From: the human T2T-CHM13v2.0 reference genome, Homo sapiens
Reading direction: 5' to 3' (one strand)
DNA: 64,000 bases
NCBI RefSeq assembly: GCF_009914755.1
Contig: NC_060941.1
Part shown: piece by piece, positions 41,204-53,460 of the stretch
Layout of the letters: the number at the start of each line of letters is the position of its first letter
How positions within the stretch are numbered: position 1 is the stretch's first letter
The notes under the pieces: generated by a model
Databases searched by the model: none
The model's input: only the letters and a program-made list of their open reading frames with translations
Told to the model about the DNA's origin: nothing
Translations under genes and position numbers: made by a program

Positions 41204-41759
41204 GGAACGACCGTGACCTGGACTGGCTTAATGAGATGCTATCGGGTCAGGTGCAGCAGGGAAAACCTATTTTTCTTAGTTTCCTTTTGACATGAATCAC
41301 TAAGGTGCTACCTACTTCCTTACCATTGTCCTCAGATAAAATACCTTTTGAAAATCCTCTTGTATAGTAGAGACTGGCTACTTTAACCCTTTTATTTTAT
41401 TAAGATATTTTAAATATCATTAAGTGTCAAAACATTCAGTCCTTACTTTACTATATCAAAGCCATACTAAAGGAATACAAATGAGTGTAAGTGCAAAGCT
41501 TGTGCTCCAGAAACTAATAATCTGTAGCCAATCATGTAGGGTTATAGCTTTGTTCATGTCTGTCGACCATATACTGCTTTTAACTTGTAGCTACTGCACT
41601 TAATTCCGTTGCCATTTCTCTGTGAAACAAATGTTAACAAACAACTATAAAGACTTTCACATTATCATTTCATGAGGAGCACTTTAAAGTATCCAATTGA
41701 TTGCACATGGTAAGGTCATACTTATGCAACCATTTTATATTAACTATTTTATATTTAAA

Positions 41760-41980
41760 ATGCCACTTTTCCCTAATTTACAAAATGTAATTTTCTAAAC
41801 ACTTCTACCTACAACAGTGTGAGAATGAATAAGACAGAAGCTATTATCCTAATTTTCATAGAAGAGGAAGAGTGGTTAAATCACCTGCTTTAGTTCCCAG
41901 ATTTACTTGTTGAAAGGGTAGACAATAGAACCCAGGGATTCAGATTCCTAAGTCTCGAATATTTTCCACTGACTGAACCA
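41760..41980 (-). mobile_element. MIR SINE
   Basis: tattatcctaattttcatagaagaggaa...tagaacccagg. Confidence 0.6.
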
Positions 41981-42955
41981 TATTGATTCTCTGGAGAAAC
42001 TAATTAATTGTGTCAATTTCTCAAGATGAGGATACACCAATGTGTTTTGTGGTGTCTTTAAGTCATTCAACGTGGGCTATGGCCCTCCTTGGTTGCTCAT
42101 ATGTTGTTTTCCTTGTTTACATGGTGGTGTGTCTCCATGATGCCAAAATAGCTAATCATTTCAAGATATCCTTTGAAAAAGTAAAACCAGTAGTGTTTAG
42201 TGTCATGGAGACAAAACAACCAGTTGATTTGACTTTTCTCCATTTTCAATCAGTGGTTTTACAGTCATGGGGAAATAGACTGTCCTTTTTCATCTCATGA
42301 GGTGTTTTCCACCCTCCGTTCTCTCTCTCTCTCACCCTCTCTGTCTCTCTCTCCTTTTTCTTCTTCTTCTCTCTCTCCATCCCTTTCATTCTTTTTATTT
42401 CTTAACACATTTTATTCTTTTTCCATCCCAGGTAACAAATGGTTACTATAGAACATTTAAAATATAAAATATGGAGAAGAAAAATTAATATAACTATAAT
42501 CATATGAAATACATGTAAATTTTTTTCTAACATGAAAATGAGTATTGTTCCTTTCTCTTTCCTCGAATCAGCTTGTTGAATTTCAACTGCATGTTGGAAA
42601 TTTTCTCTTTGTTCTAATTTAATTATTATATATTGCCTGATCTCTGACTTCAGAGATGCTTGATTAATTTTTTATAAGATCTTTATGAAGTTCTCTTAGA
42701 TCTGACACTAGTTAGCAGTGAGAGTGGTGTTAACCTGTTTTACTCACTGAACGTGGGCTAATTTGGGAAAACTGAGTCTTGGGTTTTGAGACACTGATCA
42801 TGTGGGATTAGTGAATACATTTTGCTATTCAATATTGTGTCATACCATGTTATGCCATGTCACTTATTCATTCACTCAAGAAGTATTTATTAACTACTTC
42901 CTTAGTTCTAGACACTGTTCTAGGTGTTGAAGATTGATTATCAAAAGATCAGACA

Positions 42956-43250
42956 GGGCAAGGTGCAGTGCTCACTCCTGTAATCCCAGTGCTTTGAGAA
43001 GGCTGAGGCAAGAGGATCACTTGAGGCCAGGAGTTTGAGACCAACCTGGGCAACATAGTGAGGCCCCATCTCTCCAAAAAATAAAAAAAATAAAAATTTA
43101 CCAGGTGTGGTGGCATGCACCTATAGTTCTAGCTACTCAGCAGGCTGCAGTGAGAGGATTACTTAAGCCCAGGAGGTTGAGGCTGCACTGAGTTATGATC
43201 ATGTACCTGCACCCCAGCCTGGGTGACAGAGCAAAACGCTGTCTCTTAAA
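42956..43250 (+). mobile_element. AluJ with almost no A-tail, inside an L2 fragment
   Basis: Dimeric AluJ; TSD aaaa(g/c)atcagaca (42943-42955, 43248-43260). Confidence 0.88.
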
Positions 43251-43422
43251 ACATCAGACAGGTTGGTCTCTGTATTGGTGGAGTCCATCAACTACTAAGA
43301 AATATATGCATCAAGTTAGTCATTACAAGTTAGAACAAGTGGGAAGGAGAAATGCACATACTGGGCTAAAAGACAGATGCTAAAGCTATCATTTTCATGC
43401 AAGAGTTATACTTAAATCCCAT

Positions 43423-43543
43423 GGATTTTAACATCTAATATACTCAGCCTCCCAACCCCTTCTGCTAATAAGATATAGAAAAGGAGCAAGAGAAGATTAA
43501 CTTTAGGAGTTGCCTGGTATATACTTCACACAAACATATATAA

Positions 43544-43595
<52 letters not shown>

Positions 43596-43760
43596 GTCTA
43601 TCTATCTCAAGGCTGACTCCCTGCAGGGATTTTAACATCTAATATACTCAGCCTCCCAACCCCTTCTGCTAATAAGGTATAGGAAAGGAGCAAGAGAAGA
43701 TTAACTTTAGGAGTTGCCTGGTATATACTTCACACAAACATATATAAATCTATCTATCTA

Positions 43761-43843
<83 letters not shown>

Positions 43844-43867
43844 CAAGGCTGACTCCCTGCAGGGATT
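43423..43867. repeat. Tandem duplication (204-bp and 236-bp units), each holding a TCTA/TCTG STR
   Basis: STR1 (TCTA)12 TCTG (TCTA)2; STR2 (TCTA)3 (TCTG)6 (TCTA)14; the non-STR parts differ at 2 positions. Confidence 0.97.
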
Positions 43868-44354
43868 AAGGACTGAGTGAGGAAGAGTAAGTGGCAGAAG
43901 ATCATTAAGTCCTCCCTCTCTCATCTTTTGTCTTGGGATTTGAGAGTTAGAGAGGGCAGGTACCACTATGTAAGCTTCCCATTTTATTGATGCCAGCGAC
44001 ATTCACATAAAAGGGGCATAGGACTTCCCTAAAGTTAGAGATCTCTATGACTAATGTCTTGTTAATTTGGGAGGTCAAGCTTTGGCAGGGAGCATCTATG
44101 TGGCAAGATCCTTAAAACGAGTAATAGAATTTATAGCAATTCTAGATAGTTCCAACTGGAACAGAGACCTAGAGACAGAGTCACACAGCTTCACATAATG
44201 GGATTTTAAGAGCATGTATTTCAAAAGATGCTAAGCAAGTTTCATGCTGGGACTAGGATAGAAACTTGGGGAAAAGTTTACATGGCCACATTTTAATTTC
44301 TGATGTATTTTCAAAATGTGTATGATAGTCTTTTGGAAAACGCTGCAACAAGAA

Positions 44355-44885
44355 GAAAAATACTGAAGTGCACATTAGAAGAGTTGGGTTTAATTCAGAT
44401 CTATCAGTAACCATGTGACTTTGGGCAAAGCACTTTGTCTTTTTTGGGTCTCTGTTTCTTCATCTGAAATATGAGGATTATAGCTAAATTACCACTAGGA
44501 TCCTTTCTAGCTCCATAATTTTGTGATGTGAGAAGAATCCAAAATATCCTCACAGAGGAGTGAATTTGAACAAGGCAACTCCCCCCATCCCCCCGCCATC
44601 TCTCTTTTAATACTTGATGGTAATCCGAAGCCCAGAACCTTTGAGATATTGGAGGGAGAGTGTCATGGAATAAAAAGAGCTCTGAATTTGGAGCTAGTCC
44701 ACTCCACTTAGTAAATGTGTCACCCTGGGTGAATTATACTTACTTTCTGAGTCTCATGTCCCTCATTTGGGAAACAGGACAAAACCACTCACCCTCACAG
44801 GTCCCTCATGAGGATCACATGGGGCGTTACCTATGCAAATGTATCCTATGGCACCTGACACACAGCAGGGTTCAACTGGCAGTCT
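44355..44885 (+). mobile_element. Two MIR-family fragments (about 44355-44520 and 44660-44885)
   Basis: gtgactttgggcaaag...tctgtttcttcatctgaaa; ctgagtctcatgtccctcatttgg. Confidence 0.65.
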
Positions 44886-45694
44886 TCCATCCTTTTCTCT
44901 CATCCCCTTGAATGTGGCTGGCTCAGTTTGCTAGTGTGATCTTAGCCGGACTTGGCCCTTATAATCCAATTGTCCACAACCTTCAACAGATATTAGGCTG
45001 CCTCCCAGTGATTACCTGCTCTGGAACTCTGCCTTTGATGAAAGCTGGACCGATTTTAGGCTGAATTTTTGTCCTGGACACCTTTGCTATGGAGAAACTC
45101 TGATGAGACTCCTGGCACTATAACTGTGTGGGTCATCAGTTTGAATAATTTCCTGACTTCTCATTGAATCCCAGTGAGAGAGTGACACACTGGACAATGC
45201 AATGGCAGCCACTGAAGTTTATGCCAGATCCTCACAATAGCTTTTTGGGACCATACATCCCTCTACTCCTGAGAATGCATTTCCTTACACCAACACTCTA
45301 GGGCAGCAGAGTGCAGCACTCTAGAGCAACACTCTAGGGCACCAACACTCTAGGCCAGCTCACTCTTTGACTAGGCAGCTATATCAGAAAAACCCATATG
45401 GTCCCATGGCTGAAGCATGGGAAATATATTAGAAATAAAAGAATAAAAAACAAGAAAGAGTTTGAGAAGGGAACAAAAATAGAAGAAATGGAAAGTAAAA
45501 GAGGGAAGGGAATAGGGAGGAAGGATAGATGTCAACAATGTTGCCAGGGGCTATAGATTGCCTTCTCTGACTTGGTAGAATCAGGAAATAATGAACAGGG
45601 GAACTCTCCCAAACAACAGGCTTTCAAAAGCCCAGAATATTATATTTCTGTAATAATCTAATGGTGTGGGAGTGGTGGAGGGCTCTAAATGCTA

Positions 45695-45865
45695 ATTCTA
45701 TAATATGGGTCCCTGGACTGGCTGCATCAGAATCACCTGAGGGCACTGTATTACATACAGATTTCTGGGCTTCAGGCCCAGATGGACTGAATCAGACTCC
45801 TCTGATATGGGGCCAGGGCACATGCCTTTTTCAACAAAGGACCCCAAATATGCTGAGCTTGCACT
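45695..45865. mobile_element. MER5-type DNA transposon
   Basis: gcatcagaatcacctgagg...actgaatcagactc. Confidence 0.65.
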
Positions 45866-47998
45866 ACATTCACCATTTTACAAATATAATAAGATACTGT
45901 TTCATCTTTTCTCAACTAGTTCGAGCCACTGGCTAAAAAATACCTTTTTTATGTTACATCAGTTCTTTAGGGGAGAAAAAAGGAAAAACAAAACCAACAA
46001 CAAAACCTGGGATTCAGCTGAATATTGTAGATATAAATCTACAAAAGGTTCAAGATCATGGGTATGGGTGTATCACACCACTGAATTATGTGATTTTAGG
46101 TAAATTACCAATAATGAGATCATAGGTGGTGACCTTCAGATTTGAGGTTCCATCTCTTCTCCAGACTGTAAGAGACTACTCATTGTGGGAAGGAAAAAGC
46201 AAACACAGCTGTCTTCCATCCCAACCCTGCCACCACTTGTAAGTGACTACCCCTTGTGGGGCTTCGTGCAGACCAAGCGAGGATGCTGGTGTACCCAGAG
46301 CAGTCGGGCAAGCCAAGCCACTGGAACACAGAAGGTGGGCACGGTGGTGACTCTTGCATACCTCCTTATATGGAGTCTGACCTGATTCTCTTCCCCATCT
46401 GCACGTACATGCTCTACATCAACTAAGCCACCCTCCCATGCCTTCTCTCCATGGCCCACCTTTATGTACCACAATTTTTAAATGGTTAAAATTAGATACA
46501 GTTGAATTAGACATATATGCAGAGAAGTTTTAAACTAGTTTATCAAAGTTGTCCTACCTGTCTTCCCATTTCTGTAAGCTGGAGTGACCTCTACTGACTG
46601 CATCTTGTGTGTCTTTGACACCCAAAGCAAATGCCTTCTGGATTAGTGGCATGATCAAATGTGACTATTTCTTTCCATTGGCTGCATTGTACTACATGTG
46701 CACAAAAAACAGAATCATAGCCAACCCACAGCTGCTTATAGGGCGTGTACTGTCATTTTGGTCGGATTCCTGGACTGTCATCCACCATCTATCACAAGCG
46801 TCTTTCTTCAAAGGGAGAGTAGGAAAATAAACTTTGACTTTTGCAAGCAAAGAGAGCAAAGAATTGGTTCAATGATATGAATTTTATTAATTATGCAACT
46901 TTTTTGGAGAAGAGATAGAAGTCTGCTCCATGTTTGGAAACACCAAAGAATTTAACAATTTACCTCCTGATTTAAGAAAAACTTATCTCACTTGCTAATA
47001 TATGCAGCTGATTTCTACTCACGAGTAGCTTAGAAGACATTTAGGCAAGCCAAAGGTCCCAAGCATTTCAATTCTGCTGCTCCACTGGCTAGAATTCCAA
47101 AATATCTTCTTGATCCTTTGTTGATGGCCCAATAACAAGACTTTAGAGAAAGAGAATAACTTTTCTCCCTTTATTTTATAAATATAACCTTGTTTCAAAA
47201 AAATTCAGGCAGCTAATGAAAATACATACCAAAGAAAAAATAATTATACAGAGGTTTATTGGATGGTTTTTCAGTATTTATGTTTAGCAAAATAAGGTTT
47301 TGATAAATGTTACAAATAATTATTCTAACTGAAATTGAACTGCTCGCACTGGGAATATTTCACTATTTAGTGTTTTTCCAATATGAAAACTTAGTTTGGA
47401 TGCAAATTTAGTTTCAGGCACCTGTGAAGGCCACCATAATCTGCAAATGTCAGAGATGTTGGGTTTTAGTTGCTAGATTAAATACTGTATATATTGTTTA
47501 TATAGTTTTAGTTTTAAAAATTTATTTATTGAGTTGCAAAGCTTAGATAATTACTATTATTTATACTATTTCTTCCATCTATATGGAAGAATTCTGAAGT
47601 CTCAGGACAACTTTTACAATAATCTGACCCTCAACTTCATTTCAAAAGAAAACAGAGAGAGGGCCAGTATAACGTGCTGAAGACACTGGTCAGGGCCTTC
47701 AGGCCACTCTCCCTTTTATAAAATATCTGCCTTCAATTACAGTCTTGATGACTGATGGGAAGGCAGATCTGTTAGCTGCAGGTGCTCATCTGCCATGGTG
47801 AATGGGTGTGATCCTAGTTGGGCTAGCTGATGCTCCTAGGTACTAGGACCTGAGACCCAGAGATCAGTTAGGTTGCTTACGAGAAGCAATAGTGGAGCTG
47901 AGGCAATCCTTGACAAGGTCTGGGGCAAATCACATTATGCATATTCATAAAAACTAAAATCCTATCAAGGGAGCTAGTCTGTGGAGGGGAATAGAGCA

Positions 47999-48549
47999 TG
48001 TATTTTTTATATATGACTTTGTAACAAATTATCATACATTTAGTAGCTTAACACAATATAAGTTTATTATCTCATTTTTTTTCTATGAGTTGGGAATCTG
48101 GGCAGGGATTATTAGGTTCTTTGTTTTAGAGTTTTCTGATTATACAAGGCTATAATCAAGATGTCAGCTTGGCACTGAAGTCTCATCCAAACATTCCTCT
48201 GAGAAAGGTCCACTCCCAAGCTTTCTTACATAGTTGTCAGGATTTAGTTCCTAGCTCACCGTCATCTGAGAGTCTCGGTTTCTTGCCATGTGTGTCTCTC
48301 CTTAGGGCAGCTTACAGCATGGCAGCTTGCTTTATCAGGCCAGCAATGGAAGAATCTGCAAGCAATACAGGAGTTACAATATACAGTAATGTAATCTTAG
48401 GAGTGACACCCCATCACCTTTGCAATATTCTATTGATTGGAAGCAAGACACAGGTTGTGCCCACACTCAAGGGAAGGTGCTTACACAAGTGTGTGGCTAT
48501 TAGAAGCCAGGGGTCATATTGAGGGTCATCTTAAAGAGTGTCTGCCACA
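47999..48549 (-). mobile_element. MLT1E/F/G-type solo LTR
   Basis: tgtaacaaattatcatacatttagtagcttaa ... tctgccaca. Confidence 0.7.
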
Positions 48550-48777
48550 GAGCAGAAATAGAAAATCTAAGAAGAAAGAGAGAGAGAAGGGGGTGGGATG
48601 CGAGTATAGATAAAGGAGGAGGAGAAGGAGAAGAGGAAGAGGAAGAAGAAAGAAACCTTGATTTATTGATTTTTCTAATTATCATGAGGGATCAGACTCT
48701 ACTTCTCAGAAAGTGGGTCCTATAAAAATCTTCTAGTAACTTTATGGTAATTACTTCTTTTAAATAGTTTTGAAAAA

Positions 48778-49650
48778 TTTTAATTATGGTAAAAATAGGC
48801 ATAACATAAATTTTACCATCATAATCATGCTTAAACATACACTTCACTAGTATTAAATTAGTTCACATTGTTGTACAAGCAATCTCTAGAACTTTTTTTA
48901 TCTTGCAAAACTGAAACTCTTTGCACATCAAGCAGCAACTCCTCATTCTCTCCTTCCCCAGTCTCTGTCAGCCACCCTTCTACTTTCTACAAATTTGATT
49001 ACTCCAGGTTCTTCATATAAGTGGACTCATATAGTTTTTGTCTTTTTGTAACTGGTTGACTTCACTTATAAAAATCTCCTCAAGATTCATTCATGTTGTA
49101 GCATGAGACAAAATTTTCTTCTTTTTAAAGGCTGAATAATATGTATATGCTATATTTTATTTATCCATTTGTCTGTCAGTAGATACTTGAGTTGCTTCCA
49201 CATTTTGGTAATTGTGAACAATGCTGCCATAAATATGGATATGTAAATATCTCTTTGAGATCCTGCTTTCAATTTTTTTTTTGGTATATATCCAGTAATG
49301 AAATTGATGGATCATATGATAATTATATTTTTAATTTTTAAAGAACTGTCATACTGTTTTCCACAGCAGCTACACTATTTTACATTCCCACCAAAAATGC
49401 ACGAGGGTTCCAGTTTCCTCACATCTTCATCAACACTTGTCATTTTCTGTTTTTCTTTTTTTCCTTTTTTTTAATAATAGCCATCCCAGTGGGTATGAGG
49501 TGGTATCTCATTGTGGTTTTGATTTGTATTTCCCTAATGATTACTGATGTTGAGAATCTTTTCATATACGTGCTGTCCATTTCTATCTCTTCTTTGGAGA
49601 AATATCTACTAAGTCCTTTACCCACTTTTAAACTAGATTTTTTTTTCACG
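48778..49650 (-). mobile_element. L1MB-type 3' fragment
   Basis: Antisense 3' UTR plus ORF2 C-terminal remnant (49440-49649, [13 protein letters not shown]). Confidence 0.85.
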
Positions 49651-51827
49651 TTTTAAATACAAACTTTCACCTAAGAGTGTTTTGAAATATCCAGATTATG
49701 AAAACAGAGAGTTTTTTCCTTCACACAGTACAAAAATGAAGAAAATTCTCTATTCTCCACCTCACCTTACACAAACAGACCTCTCCAAGAACTGAACATA
49801 AACCCAGGTGCTTAAAATATGTTTAGGCACAGACTTTTCCCTAGAGGGGAGTGACATGGTGGGTGGGGCACAAGAGTCTCTGCAGGAACTTGTACATTTC
49901 ATGCTTCCAGAATTTCACTTCTTCCAGATACCTTCCTCTAACACCTGTCTCAGTCTTTTTCTTTTTATAGACACGATTAACACTAAACTGCTAAATTAAG
50001 TAGAATCTCTAAAGTAAATATAACTTGAAACTATGCAAGGGACAAAGTGTTTTGTTCTGAGATCACTGAAGCTCATCTTGGAGAAGTCCATGAGGCAGGT
50101 TGCTTGCTGGAAAGGCCAGTACACTTTTTTAGCAGGTTAATTCCAAAGCCACATGTAGAAAAGTTTCTCCCCAAAGACCCAGAGACAGAATCATTTTACT
50201 CTGCCCCCACTCCTTCCCTGTGCCCCTTCCTAGGGCTGTACAAAGACCCCGATTGAATGATTGGATCTGTACTTTGCAGTAAAAGAGAATCAGAAGCCTT
50301 TTCTTTTTCCCTTTTTATTCTCCCCCCCTCTTTTTTTCCACTACTCTAATGAAATTTGCAGACATGGAAAGGAAACTGAGTTATTTATAGGAGTGGGAGG
50401 AATGTGAGTGCTAATTGTGCTTAGTCTATTCCTAAGTACGTAATCTGTTTGCTATTAAATTTTACAATCTTTCAGCAATATACACATTTTTTAAAGACAG
50501 AACTTCATAAATCTGACAAAGAATAACCAAAGTAAATAATTCTAAGGGTTTAAATCTTCTAATCAAAATCAGGTTTAAAATTATATAAAAAATTGTTTGT
50601 AGAATTAACTTATTTTGCAGCACTAACATTTCCCTTCTTCCTTTGACTAGTTTATTCATTTCTTTTCTAGACTTGTAAAGTTTGATACAGCTACTCATGG
50701 ATGATATAAATTTTGGGGGGCTGGTTATCATGCTTATGTGCATACTAATTCACAAGGCAAATTGGGTCAAATGAGAAGCTGTTGGTTGCAAGTGTCTGAA
50801 GAAGGTGCTGGGGCCTTGAACTCTAAATTGAACGTTTTGGTAATCAAATAGCTCAAATTATTCTGCATAGCTTAAAGTCATTCTGGATAGAAATTATCTT
50901 GGGACATAAATTTTTCTCAGGGTTCCCCATTTCCGTTATCTCTATCTAACAATTGCAAAAGCCTGCTTGTTAAAAATTAAATAAATGCTTGTTAAAAGGA
51001 ACTAGAAAAAATCATAATCATTCCTAGGTAAATTTTTCATGGTGGAAATTATTTCCTGTTTGAAATTTGTTTTAGTTTGGCTGTCAAGGTTGCAAGAGAC
51101 AGAAAATTACTCAAATTATTTTAAGGAAAGATGGCTTCATTAAAAGACAACGAATTAAATTCATAACTGAAAAACCACTGGGAAACTAGGCAGGTATGGG
51201 GGGTCATATGGAGGCCCTGACACATGGCTGTTTTTCCTTTTTCTGTGTCTTTGCACAGCTCCCTCTGCCTCCTTCTGCTTTTGGGTATCAATCAATACAA
51301 TATTCACCTGTATTCTTACATATTGTTTTTCTTTATACTTTCTGCTTGCTCATATTACTTTATATTATGCTTTCTCATAACTTTGGTGTGTTGCAATATG
51401 TCATATTTCTGCCTAACACATGCTGTCATGTTGACTTCAGGTTCTACTGCTTAGCTGCCTTAGTCATTCAGTATTTTCAGTTAAAATTCTTCAGACAGGA
51501 AACCTGATGGGGTTTAGTCTGACTTGTTATTTTGACTTGCACTCCAAGCCACACTGTAGGTTGCTGGCCAGCTGATGATTTGGCTGTTTTTGAGTTAGTT
51601 GCCAATTTGTTTTAGTCACCTGTGGCTTGAGGTGGAGGGAACTGGGTCATGTGATCCATACAAGGATTCCTCTTCAATTGGAGCTCTAGGTAAATCAGCT
51701 ATTTTGAAGGGTCTTTCACTAGTCTCCAGAGAAGGTGGCAAATATAAACCAGAATTAAAATAATAATCGGATTTTGATCATTTGCCATTTGAGTCTGTTT
51801 TTCTTCTGTATAAGTGAGATACTATCT

Positions 51828-52310
51828 AGTCTTGAGACTGCTTGGGGTAGTAACAAATCACCCCCAAATTTAGTGGCTTAGAAAAAGAAATCATTGTTTT
51901 TCTTATGATTCTACAGATTATTGACTGGGCAGTCCTGCTTCATGGAGTGTCACTGTGGGATGTCTGGAAGGCCCCAAATGTCTTCACTCACATAGCTGGC
52001 AATTGGTGCTGGCTGTGGCCTGGGAGCCCTACTGGGGCTATGGACCAGGGCCCTTGATTCTCCTCTCTGTGGGCCTTTGCAGGTCGCTTTTTGGGTTTAG
52101 TAACAGCATGGTGGCTGGGTTTCATGGAGGAACAGTTCAAGAAGACAAGCCCCAGTGTGCAAGCACGTATTCAAACCTCCACTGCATTATTCTTGCTAAC
52201 ATCCTATTGGTCACAGCTAGTCACAGGGCCAAGTCAGACTCCAAATGGATAGAGACTTACAAGTGTATGCATCTGAGAGTCATCGTTCAATGGGATCCCC
52301 CAAATGTTGT
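51828..52310 (-). mobile_element. MLT1J-like LTR inserted into a MIR
   Basis: gtaacaaatcacccccaaatttagtggctta; MIR halves on either side. Confidence 0.65.
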
Positions 52311-52844
52311 CACATTAAATGAGATAATAGATGAAAAATGTTTTATGGTCTTTAATGCATGTAGTTAATGCTCAGTAAACATTTGAATAGTACTTCTGTT
52401 GAAGGAAATTTTGACAGTTTTTTTCATCAAAATTAAAATGGTTACATTTCTGACACTTTTTGTTACCATATTTGGGTATTTCTTCATTCTTAAAAGATTC
52501 TTCAGGATTCTCAAAATTTCTATGTGGCCCAGCCTTCTCTCTTTCTCCAAGTGCCCCCGGTTCGTGTCTCCAGGGACCTTACAGTAACTAAGACAACCAC
52601 TGCAAAATAGTATTTCAGGTTAGGCATTCAGTGGGCCCAGAATGAGATCGGTTAGCTTGGGAAAGCATCGCAGAAGAGAAAGCCTTAGAAGTTCTTAGGT
52701 GAAGAGAAATAACCATTCTGTCAGTTCTGGAATCTCTTGATTTTGCAGAAGAAGAAACTGAAGCTTAGAAAGGAAAAGCTATCTGCCTAAAATCACCATC
52801 AGTGAGCAATAGAGAATTGGAACCACTTTTTTTCTGATACATTC

Positions 52845-53460
52845 ATCCATTCACAAATATGTATTGAGTGTTAAGCACCATATGACGCTTGTTATATATG
52901 GAAGAAAACAAAAGGGATATGCCCTCAACTTTGTGGCCTTTATGGTCTAACCTAGGGTAAAGATAGTAAATAAGTGAACTAACCATCCAAAATTGTGATA
53001 GACACTTTGAACAAACCCAACAGAGCAGAATGATAGAGAATGGTGTTGGAAACATGGAGAGTCAGGAAAGGGTTTTCTGGTGTATAAAATTTAAGCTGCA
53101 TCCCAAAGGGGAACTGAGAGGGCGCCAGCCCTGAGAAGATCAGAACCACATCCCAGACAGAGGGAGCAATATTTGTCAAGGTGCTGAGCCTGGAACAATT
53201 TTTATGTGTTAGAGGAAATAAAAGGAAAAAAATTCCGTTAGTGGGACCACTGAGAATGAAGAGGTGAGATGCACCTGACTAACTTGGAGAGGTAGGGGAG
53301 ATGCACCTGACTAACTTGGAGAGGTAGGAGGGATCAGAACCTGCAGGGCCTTTGGGGTCATGGAAAGAAATTTGAATTTTATTTTAGATACAGTAGGAAG
53401 TCGCTGAAGTTTTTAAGAAAAAGAGCAACTTAATCCAATTTATATTTTTAAAAGGCTTAC
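52845..53460 (+). mobile_element. L2 LINE fragment
   Basis: cattcatccattcacaaatatgtattgagtg followed by L2-like body; strand follows L2 purine-rich text and is uncertain. Confidence 0.6.
53266..53328. repeat. Perfect tandem duplication, 32-bp period
   Basis: gagatgcacctgactaacttggagaggtagg at 53266 and 53298. Confidence 0.95.

Noticed and set aside
43423-43867. Repeat-spacer-like array
   Set aside because: Only two units of a duplicated STR cassette in primate DNA; not CRISPR.
46247-46474. 75-aa ORF in a mildly GC-rich patch
   Set aside because: No recognisable homology or splice support; the length is expected by chance.
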